DNA from: an uncultured delta proteobacterium
GTDB lineage: Bacteria > Myxococcota_A > Polyangia > Haliangiales > Haliangiaceae
Direction: 5' to 3'
DNA: 64,000 nt
Assembly: GCA_963848295.1 (NCBI GenBank)
Contig: CAWKDB010000002.1
Coordinates: 704,001-768,000, forward strand
Below are positions 61,198 through 64,000 of this stretch, piece after piece (position 1 is the first letter of the stretch; every line of letters starts with the position of its first letter). The notes below the pieces were generated by a model. It did no database searches. It saw only the letters and a list, made by a program, of their open reading frames with translations, and was not told the origin of the DNA. The translations under genes and the position numbers were made by a program.

Positions 61198-61728
61198 CTA
61201 CGGTAGCGATACTCGGGGCGCGCTTGCAAGGTAGCGCCGCGCTAGCTCGACATAGTGCGCGGCGCCGTAGGCGATCTGCTCCCGCTCCTTGTCGCTCACG
61301 GGGCGGCGGACCCGCGCGGGCGCACCGAGGACGAAGCTGCCGGGCGGGATGTCGGTTCCCGGCGTCACGAGCGCACCTGCACCCACGAAGCTGCCGCGAC
61401 CGACGCGCGCGCCGTCGAGCACGATCGCGCCCATGCCGATCAAGCACTCATCTTCGACCGTGCACGCGTGGATCACCGCGGCGTGACCGATCGTGCAGTC
61501 GCTACCGATCGTCGTGCCAGAGAAGCCCGACGTGACGTGGATGATCGTCCCGTCTTGCAGCGAGGTCCGCGCGCCGATCCGGATGGGCATGACGTCACCG
61601 CGGACGACCGTCGAGTACCAGATCGACGACTCGTCGCCGACGACGACGTCGCCGATCACCGCGCAGGTCTCGGCGAGAAATACGCCGGAGCCGATCGTCG
61701 GCAGCTTGCCGTCGAGCTCGCGCAACAT
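61198..61728 (-). CDS. Gamma carbonic anhydrase family (YrdA/CaiE-like)
   Basis: Hexapeptide repeats, VRGD, QDGTIIH, TIGH..VIHAC. Confidence 0.93.
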   Translation of the reverse strand: MLRELDGKLPTIGSGVFLAETCAVIGDVVVGDESSIWYSTVVRGDVMPIRIGARTSLQDGTIIHVTSGFSGTTIGSDCTIGHAAVIHACTVEDECLIGMGAIVLDGARVGRGSFVGAGALVTPGTDIPPGSFVLGAPARVRRPVSDKEREQIAYGAAHYVELARRYLASAPRVSLP

Positions 61729-61731
61729 GAC

Positions 61732-62634
61732 TCAGCGGTGGCCGACGCCTGCGCGTTCGCAGTGTTCGGCTGCCGCGATGATCTCGTCGAGCACCGCGTC
61801 GACATCATCTGCCTCGGGCGAGGCCGGCGCGACGAAGCGCACGATGCCGTACGAATCGATGACGGTGAAGTAGATCCGATCGTCCGCGAACGTCAGGCGA
61901 TCGAGGGAGTGGCCATCGGGGGCGGGCACGACCGCGACCGAACGCACACCGGGCGGCGCTCCATGATCGACGCCAAGGGCGGTGACGAGCTTCTTGGCGA
62001 TGCCGTCGCGACTCGGGTCGGCACCGATGCGCATGTTGTCGATCTGCTCGGGCGTGGCGCGCGCCGCCGCGATCACCGGGACTTCGTGGTGCAGCGCTTT
62101 GTTCGCGCGGTCTGCGACGTGCTCGAACGCCGGCCCGCAGGCGATGCACTTGTCGGGGTAGTACCAACCGACGATCGAGATCTTCGCGGTGTCCAGAGGG
62201 GTCGTGCGCTCGGGGTAATCGCCATCGACGACCTCGACCGGGCCGATCGGCTTGTCGAGCAACCGATGCTTGAGCAGCTCGGACCGGGTCGACAGCGTGA
62301 TCGAGAGGGTCGCGACCTCGGTGTCGCGGACGACCTGCATGCGCACGACATCGCCAACATTGTGCGAGGTGATCGCGGCGGTCAGCGCTTCGCACGCGCC
62401 GCGCGACGACGTCGCGGTGATCGGCTGGCCGTCGAACGAGACGATCACGTCGCCCGCGAGGAGGTGCGCGGCTTCCGCGGCGCTGCCGGTCTCGATCTCC
62501 CCGACGCGACACTGGCCGTTCTGCAGATCGCCCATCGTGATGCCGACGAACGCTGGATCGCTGGCGGGCGCGCCGAACGCCGGGCCCGCGATCGATAGCC
62601 CGAAGCTGCCGACGAGGACGAGAACGAGCCGCAC
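61732..62634 (-). CDS. Secreted PDZ domain protein with thioredoxin-like CxxC region
   Basis: AFVGI...GSAAEAAHL.AGDVIVSFDG; CIAC. Confidence 0.75.
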   Translation of the reverse strand: MRLVLVLVGSFGLSIAGPAFGAPASDPAFVGITMGDLQNGQCRVGEIETGSAAEAAHLLAGDVIVSFDGQPITATSSRGACEALTAAITSHNVGDVVRMQVVRDTEVATLSITLSTRSELLKHRLLDKPIGPVEVVDGDYPERTTPLDTAKISIVGWYYPDKCIACGPAFEHVADRANKALHHEVPVIAAARATPEQIDNMRIGADPSRDGIAKKLVTALGVDHGAPPGVRSVAVVPAPDGHSLDRLTFADDRIYFTVIDSYGIVRFVAPASPEADDVDAVLDEIIAAAEHCERAGVGHR

Positions 62635-62724
62635 CCCGGTGAGCCTGCACGATCGTCTCGGCGAGAGCCAGAACGTTTGGCCATGTAGGACAAGGTAAGA
62701 TTTTGGACTTCATCGCCCTACTCC

Positions 62725-63189
62725 ATGATCATTATTTTCGTGAAGCGAAGACTCCCCGACCTGTCGAGCGTCCTCGAGGATCTGTCGTTCTCCGCCGGAC
62801 ACCTGGTCCCGGTCGCGATCGCGCCGCCGATCGCCGCGGCGGGTGCCGATAAGCGGGTCCATACCCGCTTCGATAAGGCGTTCCTCGTCGTGATCGGCAG
62901 CGAGATGTACGGTGATTCGTTCGCGGTCGGCCGCAACATCTCCGCCGGCGGGATCCTCGTCGAGATGAGCTACGCGCCGCCGCTCGGGACGATCGTGACC
63001 GTCCACTTCCAGTACGCCCGGGGCGAAGACGAGCCGTGCGACGAGATCGTCGCGCGCGCCGAGGTCAAGCACCACCACTACTTGAACTTCACCGGCTCGG
63101 GCGACGCCGCATCATCTCGCGCGATCGGCCTTAGATTCCTCGAGTTCCTCGATCGCGGTGTCGCGATCGCGCCCGAGCGCGCACATTGA
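62725..63189 (+). CDS. PilZ domain protein
   Basis: DKRVHTR, NISAGG, IGLRF. Confidence 0.8.
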   Translation: MIIIFVKRRLPDLSSVLEDLSFSAGHLVPVAIAPPIAAAGADKRVHTRFDKAFLVVIGSEMYGDSFAVGRNISAGGILVEMSYAPPLGTIVTVHFQYARGEDEPCDEIVARAEVKHHHYLNFTGSGDAASSRAIGLRFLEFLDRGVAIAPERAH

Positions 63190-63264
63190 AATTCGCGACC
63201 GCCGCGCAGCGTTCTGTTCTGCGGCTTGCACGTCGTTTCCCGATTCGCTAAGTCCACACCAGCC

Positions 63265-64000
63265 ATGCGCGCAGCGCTGATCCTCTCCGTCGCCGCGGCG
63301 CTCGCGGGCAGCGCGTTCGCCGCACCGCACGCGCCGCCCGCATCCACGCCGGCGCCGGCGACGGTTGCGCCGGCCCAGCCGGCCAAGCCGATCGATCCGG
63401 CGCTGCTGGCCGTGCTCGACAAGATCGCGACCGGGGGCGCCGCCGCGCGCAAGACCGCGCTCGACGACCTGGCGAAGCTAGCCCCGCACGTGATCGATGA
63501 TCTCGGTGCGTTTGTCCTGCGCCCGCATGTCACTACGATCGCCGATCGCCACAAGGTGCTCGACGCGATCAAAGCGGCGGTGCCCGACAAGGCCGGCCAC
63601 TTCGTCGTGCCGCAGCGGCGCAGCGCCGCCGAAGAGCAAGCAGACGATGATCTCGATTGGATGGCGAGCCTCGTCAAGCTCGATCCCGCGATACCCGGGC
63701 TCGGCGAGGTCATCGCCGACGACGCCGCGATCCGCGCGCTCGCCGGCACGAAAGACATTGCCGCCGCGCAGGTGTTGTTCGATGTCGCGATGTCACCGGA
63801 CACGGCGATCTACCGCGACGAGTGCGGGCGCTACCTGCGCAGGATGATGCCGTACTCGATCCCGGCGCTGACCCGGGAGTCGCAAGGCAGCGGGGACCGC
63901 AAGCGCTACGCGACGTTCCAGCTCGAGCGCCTCGATCGCCAGGAGCCGGGCAAGGCACTGTCGTCGGCGACCGGCGACGAAGCGCTCGAGATCGCGATCC
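63265..64000 (+). CDS. Secreted helical hypothetical protein, runs off window end
   Basis: ATG 63265, MRAALILSVAAALAGSAFAAP signal peptide, frame appears open to the edge. Confidence 0.7.
   Translation, partial: MRAALILSVAAALAGSAFAAPHAPPASTPAPATVAPAQPAKPIDPALLAVLDKIATGGAAARKTALDDLAKLAPHVIDDLGAFVLRPHVTTIADRHKVLDAIKAAVPDKAGHFVVPQRRSAAEEQADDDLDWMASLVKLDPAIPGLGEVIADDAAIRALAGTKDIAAAQVLFDVAMSPDTAIYRDECGRYLRRMMPYSIPALTRESQGSGDRKRYATFQLERLDRQEPGKALSSATGDEALEIAI

Overview
64-kb, very GC-rich bacterial window. Gene content (six Ser/Thr kinases, kinase-STAND-WD40, PEGA, IgGFc-binding lipoproteins, a MYXO-CTERM tail) suggests a myxobacterium, possibly Kofleriaceae/Haliangiales-like (inference). It holds about 55 CDSs: a stress/redox-type cluster (FAD oxidase, enolase-family, TPP enzyme, SDR, ASRT, LMF), signalling kinases, gcvP, an RNA methyltransferase, a MutH-like nuclease and an ECF/PspA/PspF-like module. 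No rRNA, tRNA, CRISPR array or transposase was recognised. Highlights: (1) a candidate RiPP locus at 26.1-28.7 kb, with a double-Gly Cys/Ser/Thr-rich precursor facing a stand-alone LanC-like cyclase (CCG Zn motif) coupled to a Ser/Thr kinase, and no dehydratase or lyase in view; (2) a 57-bp hairpin-rich element inserted in frame in four unrelated genes; (3) a lone SctJ-like gene bracketed by two inverted doublets of a 28-bp repeat beside the MutH-like gene; (4) frequent TANNNT boxes 5-8 nt before start codons, implying leaderless transcription; (5) several decayed or frameshifted genes. All family calls come from motif recognition by eye, not database searches.
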